A stretch of DNA of 64,000 nt, taken from assembly GCA_016185525.1 (NCBI GenBank), contig JACPNK010000002.1:75616-139615 (forward strand). Direction: 5' to 3'. This document shows, in pieces, positions 35,034 through 44,504 of this stretch. A model generated the notes under the pieces. It was not told the DNA's origin, searched no databases, and saw only the letters and a list, made by a program, of their open reading frames with translations. The position numbers and the translations under genes were made by a program. How positions within the stretch are numbered: the stretch's first letter is position 1; every line of letters begins with the position of its first letter. The stretch is from Candidatus Yanofskybacteria bacterium (GTDB lineage: Bacteria > Patescibacteriota > Minisyncoccia > 2-02-FULL-40-12 > IGHO2-12-FULL-4).

Positions 35034-36557
35034 TTATTCGCCAGAGATACTACTTTGATGTTTGTTGATTGCCGAGTGGCATAATTTAACGTAATCTTTG
35101 GCAGATTTTTTCCAGGAGAAATCCTGCGACATCACTCTTTTTATAAGACTACTCCATTCTTTTTTATTTCTATACGCTTGCCAGGCCCGAACAATAGCTA
35201 TAAGAAAAGCGTAAGAGTTGTATTTCTCAAAAACAAATCCGGTACCATGATCAATGCCCGGGTAATAGTCGGTGACAGTATCAGCCAATCCGCCGGTTTT
35301 TCTGACGATCGGGATGGCGCCGTAACGCATTGCCTCCATCTGCACCAAACCGGATGGCTCAAAGCGCGAAGGTATCAAGACCGCGTCCGCTCCGGAGAAG
35401 ACCAGTTTGGGTAGCTTCTCGTCGAAAAACGGATGGACGGCCACGCGCGCGGGATATTTTTCTTGCAATTCTTTGAAAGCGGTCCGATACTTGGTATCGC
35501 CGGTTCCCACTATGACCAGTTGGAAATCCAGGTTGTCAAAAAGAGACGGCGCTATCTCTTGGAGCAAATCAACGCCTTTTTGTTCAGTAAGTCTGTTGAC
35601 AAAACCCATGACGAAAATTTTGTCGTCTTCCGGCAGTCCAAAACTTTTCTGCAAGGCAACTTTGTTGTGGTAACGTCCGGCCAGCGCGCTTCGGCTGTAG
35701 TGCGCCGGGATATCCGGGTCCGTTTCAGGATTAAACCCTTCATTGTCTATGCCGTTTAAAGTTCCAAAAAGCGCGTCGCGTTTCTCCCGTAAAATTTCTT
35801 CCAGTTTTTCTCCAAACTCCGGCGTGAGAATTTCTTTGGCGTAAGTCGGCGAGACGGTATTTATAATGTCAGCGTACAGGATGCCCCGGCGCGCGCCATT
35901 AAGTTTCAAAATATGCGGGTCGTTAAAATCCGGTATCGGTCCTTGCCCGGAGTCGGCTTCCAGTTCTGGCACAAAATGCGGGTCAAACATGCCTTGGAAT
36001 TTTAAATTATGGATCACAAATATGGTCGCGATTTTGGATAGGACAGGGTCATCCTTAAACTCCGTTTTAATTAAGTTGGGGATGAACCCGGTTTGCCAGT
36101 CGCTGGCGATGATAACATCCGGTTTCCAGTCCGATCTTCTGATGAACTCTAATGCTCCTTTCGAGAGCAGAACCCAGCGGATCGTGTCGTCGCCGTAACT
36201 GTAAGTGTTGGCTCTTTTTTCGTAGTATTCCATATTTTCCAGGAAATAGGCGGTGATGCCGGACTCTTTGTCCAGATGTTTCAAAACGTTTGACACCAGC
36301 AGTCCGTGCGGGTCTTTTTCGTTGGGCGCAATATCCAATTCGCCGATCTCCAGTTCCATGGGGAATTTATCCGCCTCAATTTTTGCGTATTTGGGGATAA
36401 ACAGCCGGGCGTCATGACCCAACTCTTTCATTGCTCTGGGCAAAGAACGCATAACTTCTCCCAGTCCGCCGACTTTGATAAACGGGGCGGCTTCAGCGGC
36501 GACGAAAAGAATCTTTAGTTTTTTTATTTTTGTCAGATTGTTCATGATTATAATCAT
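35034..36557 (-). CDS. glgA: glycogen/starch synthase (GT5)
   Basis: N-terminal KILFVAAEAAPFIKVGGLGEV motif; 507 aa. Confidence 0.9.
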   Translation of the reverse strand: MIIIMNNLTKIKKLKILFVAAEAAPFIKVGGLGEVMRSLPRAMKELGHDARLFIPKYAKIEADKFPMELEIGELDIAPNEKDPHGLLVSNVLKHLDKESGITAYFLENMEYYEKRANTYSYGDDTIRWVLLSKGALEFIRRSDWKPDVIIASDWQTGFIPNLIKTEFKDDPVLSKIATIFVIHNLKFQGMFDPHFVPELEADSGQGPIPDFNDPHILKLNGARRGILYADIINTVSPTYAKEILTPEFGEKLEEILREKRDALFGTLNGIDNEGFNPETDPDIPAHYSRSALAGRYHNKVALQKSFGLPEDDKIFVMGFVNRLTEQKGVDLLQEIAPSLFDNLDFQLVIVGTGDTKYRTAFKELQEKYPARVAVHPFFDEKLPKLVFSGADAVLIPSRFEPSGLVQMEAMRYGAIPIVRKTGGLADTVTDYYPGIDHGTGFVFEKYNSYAFLIAIVRAWQAYRNKKEWSSLIKRVMSQDFSWKKSAKDYVKLCHSAINKHQSSISGE

Positions 36558-36634
36558 AGCATAAGTTAAGCGGATTAGCCATAAAATTTGGTGTTTTTTT
36601 ATTCTCTGATAAAATAAGAGGCATAGACAAACAC

Positions 36635-37177
36635 ATGAACAACAATTTGGTGAGAGATTTGGCGCTTATAATCTTTAGCATTTTTATTGCCGTTATTCTT
36701 GCTAAAACCGGCATCCTTAAGGATCTAATTACTTCAACTCAAGAAGTGAGGTTTGTCGGCAGTTTTGTCGCCGGCATTTTATTCGTCTCTGTTTTTACCG
36801 CTGCTCCCGCCACCGTAGCTCTTGGAGAAATAGCTCAATCAAATTCTGTCATTACGGTAGCTATTATTGGCGGATTGGGCGCTTTAATCGGAGACCTCCT
36901 AATTTTTAGGTTTGTAAGAGACAGAGTTTACCAAGATTTTACTTATCTGGTTAAGGTATCGAAGTCGGAAAGACTCGTTTCCATTTTTAAATTAAAACTT
37001 TTTAGATTGCTCATTCCTTTTATCGGGGCTTTGATAGTCGCTTCTCCCTTGCCGGATGAGGTGGGGTTGGCGATGCTAGGATTATCAAGAATAAAAACCT
37101 CCGTGTTTATCCCGCTGTCTTTTTTGCTTAACTCTGCCGGGATTTTAATTATTGGTTTAATTGCTAAGACACTATGA
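36635..37177 (+). CDS. hypothetical polytopic membrane protein (180 aa)
   Basis: 5-6 TM helices. Confidence 0.45.
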   Translation: MNNNLVRDLALIIFSIFIAVILAKTGILKDLITSTQEVRFVGSFVAGILFVSVFTAAPATVALGEIAQSNSVITVAIIGGLGALIGDLLIFRFVRDRVYQDFTYLVKVSKSERLVSIFKLKLFRLLIPFIGALIVASPLPDEVGLAMLGLSRIKTSVFIPLSFLLNSAGILIIGLIAKTL

Positions 37178-37356
37178 TTCAGAAAACTGCAGTGGAACAA
37201 CCCCATTGCCTTTTAGTTAGCTTCTGGGGGTTGCGCTGGTCGCCCTGATAAACATTATAGCGGTTGAGTTTGGAAAAAGAATTTTCCGAAGCAAAAGATC
37301 ATTGAAACAGACTTAAGTTTGCAAAAAATAAACTTTCTGGTATAATTAAAAATAGT

Positions 37357-38103
37357 ATGTCAGAAGAAAATCTTACTAAAAAAGAAATATATGATCTCAA
37401 GAAAAGCGAAGCAGATAGAGAACATGCTAACGCCTCAAAGACCCGTAAAGCAAAAAGGGTCTTAATGTGGGTTGGGGTTCTTATTTTGCTTATCGGAGCG
37501 GTATGGGGGATGGTGAAACTTTCAGACAAGCCTTCTGATACCGGCCAAGCAATGGTTCTTAGCTCTGTTTTATCAGATGACTGGATAAAGGGAGACAAAG
37601 AGACAAAAGTGATTCTTATTGAATATGGGGATTTTCAATGTCCCGCTTGCGCCGCTTACCATCCTTTGGTGGAAAAACTTATTGCTGAACATGGCAAGGA
37701 CTTTCAATTCGTGTACAGACACTTTCCTCTACAGCAACACGCAAATGCCAAGCCAGCCGCTTACGCGTCTGAAGCCGCCGGCAAACAGGGAAAGTTCTGG
37801 GAAATGTACAACTTAATCTATCCCCGCCAGAATGACTGGTCTGAAAAGAAAAACGCCGATGATATATTTTTGGAATACGCCGGTTCTTTGGGTTTAAATC
37901 TTGACCAGTTTAAAAAAGACAGAGACTCTCAAGAAGCAAAAGATAAAGTTAAGAAAGATTATGATTCCGGCATTGCAAACAAAGTAAATGCTACCCCGAC
38001 ATTCTTCCTGAATGGCAAAAAAATCCAGCCTCAAAGTTACGAAGAATTTGCAAATTTTATTAAACAAGCGCAACCGGCTGAAAATACAACCCCTACTCAA
38101 TGA
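37357..38103 (+). CDS. membrane-anchored DsbA-like thioredoxin-fold oxidoreductase
   Basis: CPAC active site in ...YGDFQCPACAAYHP..., TM anchor; TATAAT 10 nt upstream of ATG. Confidence 0.85.
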   Translation: MSEENLTKKEIYDLKKSEADREHANASKTRKAKRVLMWVGVLILLIGAVWGMVKLSDKPSDTGQAMVLSSVLSDDWIKGDKETKVILIEYGDFQCPACAAYHPLVEKLIAEHGKDFQFVYRHFPLQQHANAKPAAYASEAAGKQGKFWEMYNLIYPRQNDWSEKKNADDIFLEYAGSLGLNLDQFKKDRDSQEAKDKVKKDYDSGIANKVNATPTFFLNGKKIQPQSYEEFANFIKQAQPAENTTPTQ

Positions 38104-38540
38104 GCAGAACATCCAAATGGCTTCTGGCCGGTTTTGCTGTTTTCAGCTTAATCGGTTTTCTTGATGCTGTCTATTTAACCGTTCAACACTATAATAACGG
38201 CATTTTGCCATGCCTTATTTTTTCAGGCTGTGACAAAGTAACTTCCAGTAGTTACGCCAAAGTTGCCGGTATTCCGGTTTCTCTTTTGGGAGCAGGTTAT
38301 TATTTTATAGTCCTCGTTTCTACAATTTTATATTTTGATACGGGCAACAAAAAGGTTTTGGAAATATTAAAGAATCTGCCAATTGCCGGTTTTGCGGCTA
38401 CGCTCTGGTTTTTGTTTCTTCAATTTTTTATTATAAAAGCCATTTGTTTTTACTGTGTTGTTTCGGCAATCATCTCAACAGCGCTTTTTGTTCTGGCGAT
38501 ACTTATAAGAAAAACTGGCCGAGTTGCTTACAATGATTAA
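38100..38540 (+). CDS. vitamin K epoxide reductase (VKOR) family protein
   Basis: Loop cysteines CLIFSGC and TM CxxC (CFYC); ATGA overlap with dsbA-like gene. Confidence 0.8.
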   Translation: MSRTSKWLLAGFAVFSLIGFLDAVYLTVQHYNNGILPCLIFSGCDKVTSSSYAKVAGIPVSLLGAGYYFIVLVSTILYFDTGNKKVLEILKNLPIAGFAATLWFLFLQFFIIKAICFYCVVSAIISTALFVLAILIRKTGRVAYND

Positions 38541-38922
38541 AAAGATATTATTAATTTTTGCCAGCGCGTTTCTGCTTAATTTAGTTTGGGAAAATCTGCA
38601 CTCTTTACTTTACCTCCATTATAAAAGCGGAGCAATCAGCGAGTTGATTTTGTTAAGAGCCACTCTTTTTGACGCTGTTTTTATTTCTATTCTTGGAATT
38701 TTATTTCTAAAATTTTCATACCTTAAGAACAGGCTTTGGCTTTCTTTGCCGTTTGGTTTTGCGATAGCAATAGTTATTGAATTGTACGCTTTAAAAACCG
38801 GCCGCTGGGCTTACGGTGAGCTTATGCCGGTTGTTCCTTTCATAAACACGGGAGTTACACCGACAATACAACTTGGACTTCTTTCCTATTTAATTTTTAA
38901 ATGGTTTGTAAAGAAGGCCTAA
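38524..38922 (+). CDS. hypothetical membrane protein (132 aa)
   Basis: 4 TM; overlaps VKOR 3' end. Confidence 0.4.
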   Translation: MLTMIKKILLIFASAFLLNLVWENLHSLLYLHYKSGAISELILLRATLFDAVFISILGILFLKFSYLKNRLWLSLPFGFAIAIVIELYALKTGRWAYGELMPVVPFINTGVTPTIQLGLLSYLIFKWFVKKA

Positions 38923-38944
38923 GGTATAACAGTTATCAATTTTA

Positions 38945-39071
38945 ATACCGATATTGCACGTCCCCGTGCCGAAGTTGACACTTCGTTGAGACGAAGTCCC
39001 AAGACGGGACTTGCAGTCAAAGACCAAGTCAATATCGGGAACGGGACGGTCAATATCGGCATTGGGACGTG
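38945..39071 (+). promoter_or_regulatory. structured leader/operator: tandem direct repeats GTCAATATCGG-N4-GGGACG x2 (39028-39069, overlapping GTG start) plus inverted partner ccgatattgcacgtccc (38948-38964) and internal hairpins
   Basis: Long-range complement 38948-38964 vs 39043-39059 (15/17); hairpins gaagt-tgac-acttc and aagtccc-aagac-gggactt. Confidence 0.45.
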
Positions 39072-39287
39072 AAAATATCAGTTAAAATAAAAACCGGTTC
39101 TAAAAAAGAAGAAATCAAAAAGGTTGGCAACGACAGTTTTGAAATCAAGACCAAAGCTCTGCCAATTGAGGGCAAAGCTAACTCGGCGGTAACTAAAATT
39201 CTGGCTGACTATTTTGATATTCCCAAATCAAGAGTTAAAATCTTAAAAGGACAAAAATCAAAGTTAAAAATACTGGAAATTTCTTGA
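39069..39287 (+). CDS. DUF167 (YggU/UPF0235) family protein
   Basis: 72 aa; ...EGKANSAVTKILADYFDIPKSRVKILKGQKSKLK... pattern; GTG start. Confidence 0.55.
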   Translation: MKISVKIKTGSKKEEIKKVGNDSFEIKTKALPIEGKANSAVTKILADYFDIPKSRVKILKGQKSKLKILEIS

Positions 39288-39288
39288 A

Positions 39289-39957
39289 ATGGAAAAAAGT
39301 TTTTTCAAAGAACTAAACTCCCAAGAACTGTCCATATTCCGCAAACTTTCAACGCCTAAAAAAATTCAGGATTTTTTGGAAAAATTACCTATAAATTTTG
39401 AAGAAAAAGGGGATACCTGCATGTCGCCAAGAAGGGTGTTAAGAGAAAAAAAGGCACACTGTATGGAAGGGGCGTTATTTGCGGCAACAGCATTGTGGTT
39501 CCATGGACAAAAACCTATACTTTTAGACATAACATCAGTAGACCATGATTTTGATCATGTAGTGGCCTTGTTTAAAAATCCGCCAGCCGGCGGAGGGAAG
39601 TGGGGAGCAATCAGCAAGACAAACCATGCGGTGCTACGCTACAGAGAACCGGTTTATCGTGATGTCAGAGAGCTGGCCATGTCCTTTTTTCATGAATACT
39701 TTACTGACGACGGTAGGAAAACCATGAGGAGTTTCTCCAAGCCTTTTAATCTACAAAAGTTTGGCTATAATTGGATTACATCTGAAAAAGATTTGTGGGA
39801 TATAGCTGACGCCCTTGATGCGTCCAAACACTATCCGATTCTTACAAAAAAAACATTGGCCGGCTTGCGTCATGCCGACCCCGTTGAAGTTAAAACGGGA
39901 AAAATAACACAATGGAAAAAGACAAAAAAAGAAGTAACCAATGATAAAAATACCTGA
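39289..39957 (+). CDS. hypothetical protein, possible papain-like (transglutaminase/NAT-like) Cys hydrolase fold
   Basis: KAHCMEGALFAATALWFHG segment with candidate catalytic Cys, downstream His/Asp; weak. Confidence 0.35.
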   Translation: MEKSFFKELNSQELSIFRKLSTPKKIQDFLEKLPINFEEKGDTCMSPRRVLREKKAHCMEGALFAATALWFHGQKPILLDITSVDHDFDHVVALFKNPPAGGGKWGAISKTNHAVLRYREPVYRDVRELAMSFFHEYFTDDGRKTMRSFSKPFNLQKFGYNWITSEKDLWDIADALDASKHYPILTKKTLAGLRHADPVEVKTGKITQWKKTKKEVTNDKNT

Positions 39958-41014
39958 AAACTATTATACCAGTCGGCTTGAAAAAATCAGGTCTCTTTTT
40001 GGTAAACACAACCTTGATTGTCTCTTGATTTACAATGCTGAAAAAGAAGATCCGGCTTTTTTGCCTTGGATTCTTGGTGAAAACATTTTTGATTCCACTT
40101 ATCTGCTGATTACCAAAAAAGGCGCTTTTATTTTCATTCCGCAATGGTTTATAGAGGAAGCAAAAAATTTATTTAAAAATATACCGGCTGAATTTATAGG
40201 TACCCCGGAAAAGGCAACCATGATGCTGACCATTAAATCTTACCTCCAAAACTTTGAAATAATCGGCTATGCGGGTAACGCACCTTACAAAGAGCTGGTT
40301 TTATTAGCTGAAAAAAAGTTGGTGAACATGGAAGAAGACATCAGAAAGATATATGAAATAAAAGATGAAGTTGAAATAAAACTTTTGGGAGAAGTTTGTA
40401 ATTATACCCGCAACTATTTAGAAAACTTGAAAATAAAACAGTTCATAGGTAAAACTGAACAGGAGATCGCAAAACAGATACAACAGGAAACCGAGAGCGA
40501 CGGCTATAATCTTGGACACCTAAGCATCGTCTCCGGTCAGCGTCTCCAAAAAACTACGGCCGGCTTTCCCTCTGATTACAAAATACAAAAAAATGACCTC
40601 GTTTGCGTTGACCTTGGCTTAGAAAAACAGACTTACTTTTCTGATATTACAAGATGTTATTTTCTCGGCGACGCCGAGAAAAAATACAGGCTAAACTACG
40701 ACTTGTTAAAAAGTGTCGTTTCAAACACTTCTCAAATAATTACTCGAGGGATCCAGTCAAAAGACATCTTGGGCATAATTAGAAACGAATTTATCAAGAC
40801 TGGATTGACGGAAGACTCTTTCGTACCAGCAGATTTAGGTCACGGCATAGGTACTGGCAGACACGAATATCCTGAAATCGGATTTGACGAAAGTATTTTA
40901 GAAAAGGGCATGGTTTTCACATTGGAACCTGAAGCTAAGTTGTCGGATGGCATGCTTGTGAGATACGAGGACGTTTTTTACATAAACCAAGAAGAAAAAA
41001 CCTTGATTATATAA
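39941..41014 (+). CDS. M24-family metallopeptidase (Xaa-Pro aminopeptidase-like)
   Basis: Creatinase-like N-domain plus pita-bread domain (DLVCVDLG..., HGIGTGRHEYPEI, FTLEPE). Confidence 0.75.
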   Translation: MIKIPENYYTSRLEKIRSLFGKHNLDCLLIYNAEKEDPAFLPWILGENIFDSTYLLITKKGAFIFIPQWFIEEAKNLFKNIPAEFIGTPEKATMMLTIKSYLQNFEIIGYAGNAPYKELVLLAEKKLVNMEEDIRKIYEIKDEVEIKLLGEVCNYTRNYLENLKIKQFIGKTEQEIAKQIQQETESDGYNLGHLSIVSGQRLQKTTAGFPSDYKIQKNDLVCVDLGLEKQTYFSDITRCYFLGDAEKKYRLNYDLLKSVVSNTSQIITRGIQSKDILGIIRNEFIKTGLTEDSFVPADLGHGIGTGRHEYPEIGFDESILEKGMVFTLEPEAKLSDGMLVRYEDVFYINQEEKTLII

Positions 41015-41029
41015 TCAAGGTTAATCTAT

Positions 41030-42445
41030 CTAGAAAGCGCCCTTACGTAAAACTCTCCACAAAACATAAGGCACCTTCTCATAAAGCTGGGCAAAAGGCC
41101 CGCTTTGAAGAAAAAATAAGTAATTATCGTTAGCATACAATTTTGTCAAAAGAGCTAATGGCGCAAGATGGCTAACCATATCTTTAATCAAGGCATCTTT
41201 TACTTTAGGGTGGGGATTAACTGGGTCAACAAAAACTCCGCATTGTTTTTTATATAACACAGCTTCCATTTTTAGCGTGTTTGAGAAATGCTTTTTTGTT
41301 TCAGAAGATTTGAGCTGGCTAAGATAAAGTTTCTCTTGCGCGGCCTGTTCACGCAGGTATTCGTCTTCCGGGAAAACTTTTAGAAGCGGTTTAACTTCGC
41401 CGCTTATGCTTCTTGAAGCTAAATCTTGCGCCACCAGCTCGCACTGTTTTTGGACGTAAGACATAAACTTTTCTTTAGACCAAGAGCCTTGCATTGCAAC
41501 GTAGGCTCCGCCCTCAAGGTCTAACCATTCTATATCCGCTACCCAAATAAGTAACTTGGGGTTAAGGTTGAGTTCTTTCAGAAAAGACAGAAAATGGTTT
41601 AGTTCCGGCGACATCATTTCATAACAGATGCCTTTGGAGTTTTCTTCCAAACCGCAAAAGTTATAGCCATTTTCGTCGTAAGTCCAAGCGGGACAAAGTG
41701 GAATTATTATCTGTAAACTTTTTCCGGAAAGACCGCGCCATAAACAGTTAAGAATCCTTTCAACCTGCAAGTCAGATTCTATCAAGATTCTCTTCTCTAA
41801 AATCAAATCTATAAGTCTGGTTCCGGTTAAAATTGTACTCTCAACGCCAACAGGATATGGAGTGCTTTGAGCCGTTTTGATTATTCTATAAGTAAGACGC
41901 TTGTCTTTTTTTACTCTTAAAGCGTTTTTTATAATTTTTACTTCGCCGTCCGTAAAATTAGGTGAAGGACGGGGGGTGAAGTTTAAGTTTAAACTTTCCG
42001 AAGATAACCCTAAACGTTTTTCTAGCCACTCACAGTAAAGATTAAATCTTTTTTCGCTTACCGGTTTTGGGCCCCAGGGAGCAACTTTAGCAAGTTCAAC
42101 ATTTTCTAAGTTGTTCACTATTTTCAGCCATTCTTTGACCATACCGTTTAGGTTTGTATCTTTAAAATCTTGGGCGACGGCAATTAACATCTGACAAGAA
42201 GACGCCCACTCTGGACTGTATTCCATTAACCTATGGGAGGCTGTCCTTGAGGCATGGCCCCGTTTAATCAGCTTGGGTTCTGGAGAAGTAAATACTGCCA
42301 CCAAAATCTCCTGTGCTTCCGGCTGCAACTTGATGTTTTGGATACTTTTTTCAAAAACAGACACTTCTTGACCTGATTTCTCAAGAACTCCCAAAGCCTG
42401 ACAAGCGTTTTTGTCATTTTTATCAGCTACAAATCTAATCCTCAT
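41030..42445 (-). CDS. hypothetical protein (~471 aa)
   Basis: ATG 42445 with AAGGAG 7 nt upstream preferred over TTG 42460; no recognised domain. Confidence 0.5.
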   Translation of the reverse strand: MRIRFVADKNDKNACQALGVLEKSGQEVSVFEKSIQNIKLQPEAQEILVAVFTSPEPKLIKRGHASRTASHRLMEYSPEWASSCQMLIAVAQDFKDTNLNGMVKEWLKIVNNLENVELAKVAPWGPKPVSEKRFNLYCEWLEKRLGLSSESLNLNFTPRPSPNFTDGEVKIIKNALRVKKDKRLTYRIIKTAQSTPYPVGVESTILTGTRLIDLILEKRILIESDLQVERILNCLWRGLSGKSLQIIIPLCPAWTYDENGYNFCGLEENSKGICYEMMSPELNHFLSFLKELNLNPKLLIWVADIEWLDLEGGAYVAMQGSWSKEKFMSYVQKQCELVAQDLASRSISGEVKPLLKVFPEDEYLREQAAQEKLYLSQLKSSETKKHFSNTLKMEAVLYKKQCGVFVDPVNPHPKVKDALIKDMVSHLAPLALLTKLYANDNYLFFLQSGPFAQLYEKVPYVLWRVLRKGAF

Positions 42446-42472
42446 TTTTTCTCCTTTCAAAGAACAAATAAA

Positions 42473-42501
42473 AATCAGCCCCCTCTTTAGGGGCTGATTT
42501 A
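42473..42501 (-). other. 5'-leader hairpin (12-bp perfect stem aaatcagcccct/aggggctgattt) plus U-tract immediately upstream of SD
   Basis: Minus-strand: hairpin-UUUUUAUUUGUUCUUUGAAAGGAGAAAAAAUG. Confidence 0.5.
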
Positions 42502-42664
42502 AGGTCTTTTTGATGACTTCGCTTTAAGCGGCGGCTGAAACATCAGTTGCAACAGAACTTAAACAAGCCTCTAAGGAGGTCTGCTTTATGTCGCAATAAT
42601 GCCACATTCCTGAAGTTTTAACTTTAAATGTCATTTTATATAACTAAGTATATACATAACCGTT

Positions 42665-42693
42665 TGCTTGTCAAATTAATTGGTAGTATAATT
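42665..42693 (+). promoter_or_regulatory. promoter TTGCTT-N17-TATAAT, -10 ends 6 nt before ATG 42700 (leaderless-type)
   Basis: Read directly. Confidence 0.5.
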
Positions 42694-42699
42694 TAGATT

Positions 42700-43143
42700 A
42701 TGATTATGAAGTTTTTGCCGTATCTTTTAATTGCAGGTCTTTTATCGGTATTTTTACTCGGCAGTTCGGCCGTTAATTTCGGTTCCGACCACGGCCACGG
42801 AAATAACACCAGAGGGTGTATCATTTCCGCAATTCAAGGCACGGCTTGTCCTGAAGAAAGCAACGCATTTTCTTCGGCCATTTTCCATATAAACATTCTT
42901 AAAAACACGATAATGGCGTTTTTAGGACAAAACCCGGAATTAAACTTGTTTAGTTTAGTCTCTGTTTTGTCTCTTCTGTTTTTTGCAACAGCGTCTTTTT
43001 TAACTTTACCGGCCACAAGTCTGAACGGAAAATTATTCAACTTTTTATCTTTAGCAAAATATAGGATTCCGTCTGCGCGCCAGCAAAGATATTCGGCATG
43101 GCTGTCTCTATACGAAAAGAGGGACCCTGCTTTGTCATTTTAG
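42700..43143 (+). CDS. hypothetical secreted/membrane protein with HGHG motif
   Basis: Signal-peptide-like N-terminus, DHGHGNN, C-terminal TM. Confidence 0.4.
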   Translation: MIMKFLPYLLIAGLLSVFLLGSSAVNFGSDHGHGNNTRGCIISAIQGTACPEESNAFSSAIFHINILKNTIMAFLGQNPELNLFSLVSVLSLLFFATASFLTLPATSLNGKLFNFLSLAKYRIPSARQQRYSAWLSLYEKRDPALSF

Positions 43144-43220
43144 ATTTCCGCTTTTCAGCAACTTGTTTTAAGTTTTGCGGAAATCTTTGGTTGATAAAGC
43201 AGTTTTTATTTATAAAGATT

Positions 43221-43724
43221 ATGAACAAAAACACAATTATCGGACTTATCATCATTACTGTCGGTCTGTTCACTCTGATTATGTTTCTTAAGCCGCAATC
43301 AACTCTTGACAACGGCGCTTCCATCAGTAATCCGACAAATAGCGGACAGATAAAAGCAGAGGAAACGTTTTTTGATTTCGGAACAATTTCAATGGCTGCG
43401 GGAAAAGTCAGCCATATGTTTAAAATTAAAAATTCCGGCTCCGGAAATGCCGAGATCAGTAAAATTTATACTTCCTGCATGTGCACTTCGGCCAGTTTAG
43501 TCAGAGATAGCGGCCGCAAAGGGCCCTTTGGCATGCCGGGGCATGGTTTTATTCCTAAGATTAACGAATCGCTTAATCTTAATGAAGAGGCGACCATAGA
43601 GGTTGTTTTTGATCCGGCGGCGCACGGTCCGGCTGGTGTCGGTAAAATAGAGAGGTTGATTACGGTCGAAGTTGAAAATGGTTCTCCTGTAGAGCTTACG
43701 TTTTCCGCTTTTGTAACGCCATGA
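43221..43724 (+). CDS. DUF1573 domain protein (membrane-anchored)
   Basis: FKIKNSGSGNAEISKIYTSCMCTS matches DUF1573 F.F.N.G..PL.I..V.TSCGCT pattern; ATG 43221. Confidence 0.65.
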   Translation: MNKNTIIGLIIITVGLFTLIMFLKPQSTLDNGASISNPTNSGQIKAEETFFDFGTISMAAGKVSHMFKIKNSGSGNAEISKIYTSCMCTSASLVRDSGRKGPFGMPGHGFIPKINESLNLNEEATIEVVFDPAAHGPAGVGKIERLITVEVENGSPVELTFSAFVTP

Positions 43725-44500
43725 AAAAACTTTACATTTTAATTGCAGTCGCAATAGCAATATTCGGCATAGTCGGATTTTTACAGAGCGGCAACTTTGG
43801 CACAACAACGCTTTGGAAAATTAGCAATGAAGGCAAATGGCTTCTGCCGCTGGTAAGTATCGCCGCCCTGATTGACAGCATCAATCCCTGCGCTTTCTCA
43901 ATTCTGCTTTTAACTATCGCCTTCCTGTTCAGTCTCGGAAAAATGCGTTCAGGAATTCTCAAAATAGGTTTTTTCTACATTTCAGGCCTGTTTACGGTCT
44001 ATGTTTTAATCGGGCTTGGCATATTGCAGGCTCTCCACATATTCAACACGCCTCATTTTATGGCAAAATTGGGAGCTATTCTGCTGATACTTTTTGGGTT
44101 AATCAATCTTATCGGCCATTATTTCCCCAAATTTCCGGTTAAACTAAAAATACCGGACGCAGTCCATAATAAAATCGCCGGATTGATGGAGGCCAGCTCT
44201 CTGCCCACAGCCTTTTTTCTGGGAATTCTCGTCGGACTTTGCGAGTTTCCTTGCACCGGAGGGCCTTACTTGCTTGTTTTGGGACTTCTGCACGACCAGG
44301 CGACTTATCTGAAAGGGCTTGGGTATCTTTTGATCTACAACTTAATTTTTATCCTGCCTTTAGCGTTAATTCTTTTGATAGCCAGTGAACAAAGCCTGCT
44401 GGACAAAGTCCAAAAATGGCGCAAAGAGAACATTGGCAGTATGAAATTGTGGAGTTCGCTTGCTATGATTGGTTTGGGAATAACAATATTATTCTTTTAG
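43721..44500 (+). CDS. ccdA: cytochrome c biogenesis CcdA/DsbD-family thiol-disulfide transporter
   Basis: TM cysteines SINPCAF and CEFPCTGGPY; 6 TM. Confidence 0.7.
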   Translation: MKKLYILIAVAIAIFGIVGFLQSGNFGTTTLWKISNEGKWLLPLVSIAALIDSINPCAFSILLLTIAFLFSLGKMRSGILKIGFFYISGLFTVYVLIGLGILQALHIFNTPHFMAKLGAILLILFGLINLIGHYFPKFPVKLKIPDAVHNKIAGLMEASSLPTAFFLGILVGLCEFPCTGGPYLLVLGLLHDQATYLKGLGYLLIYNLIFILPLALILLIASEQSLLDKVQKWRKENIGSMKLWSSLAMIGLGITILFF

Positions 44501-44504
44501 AAAT

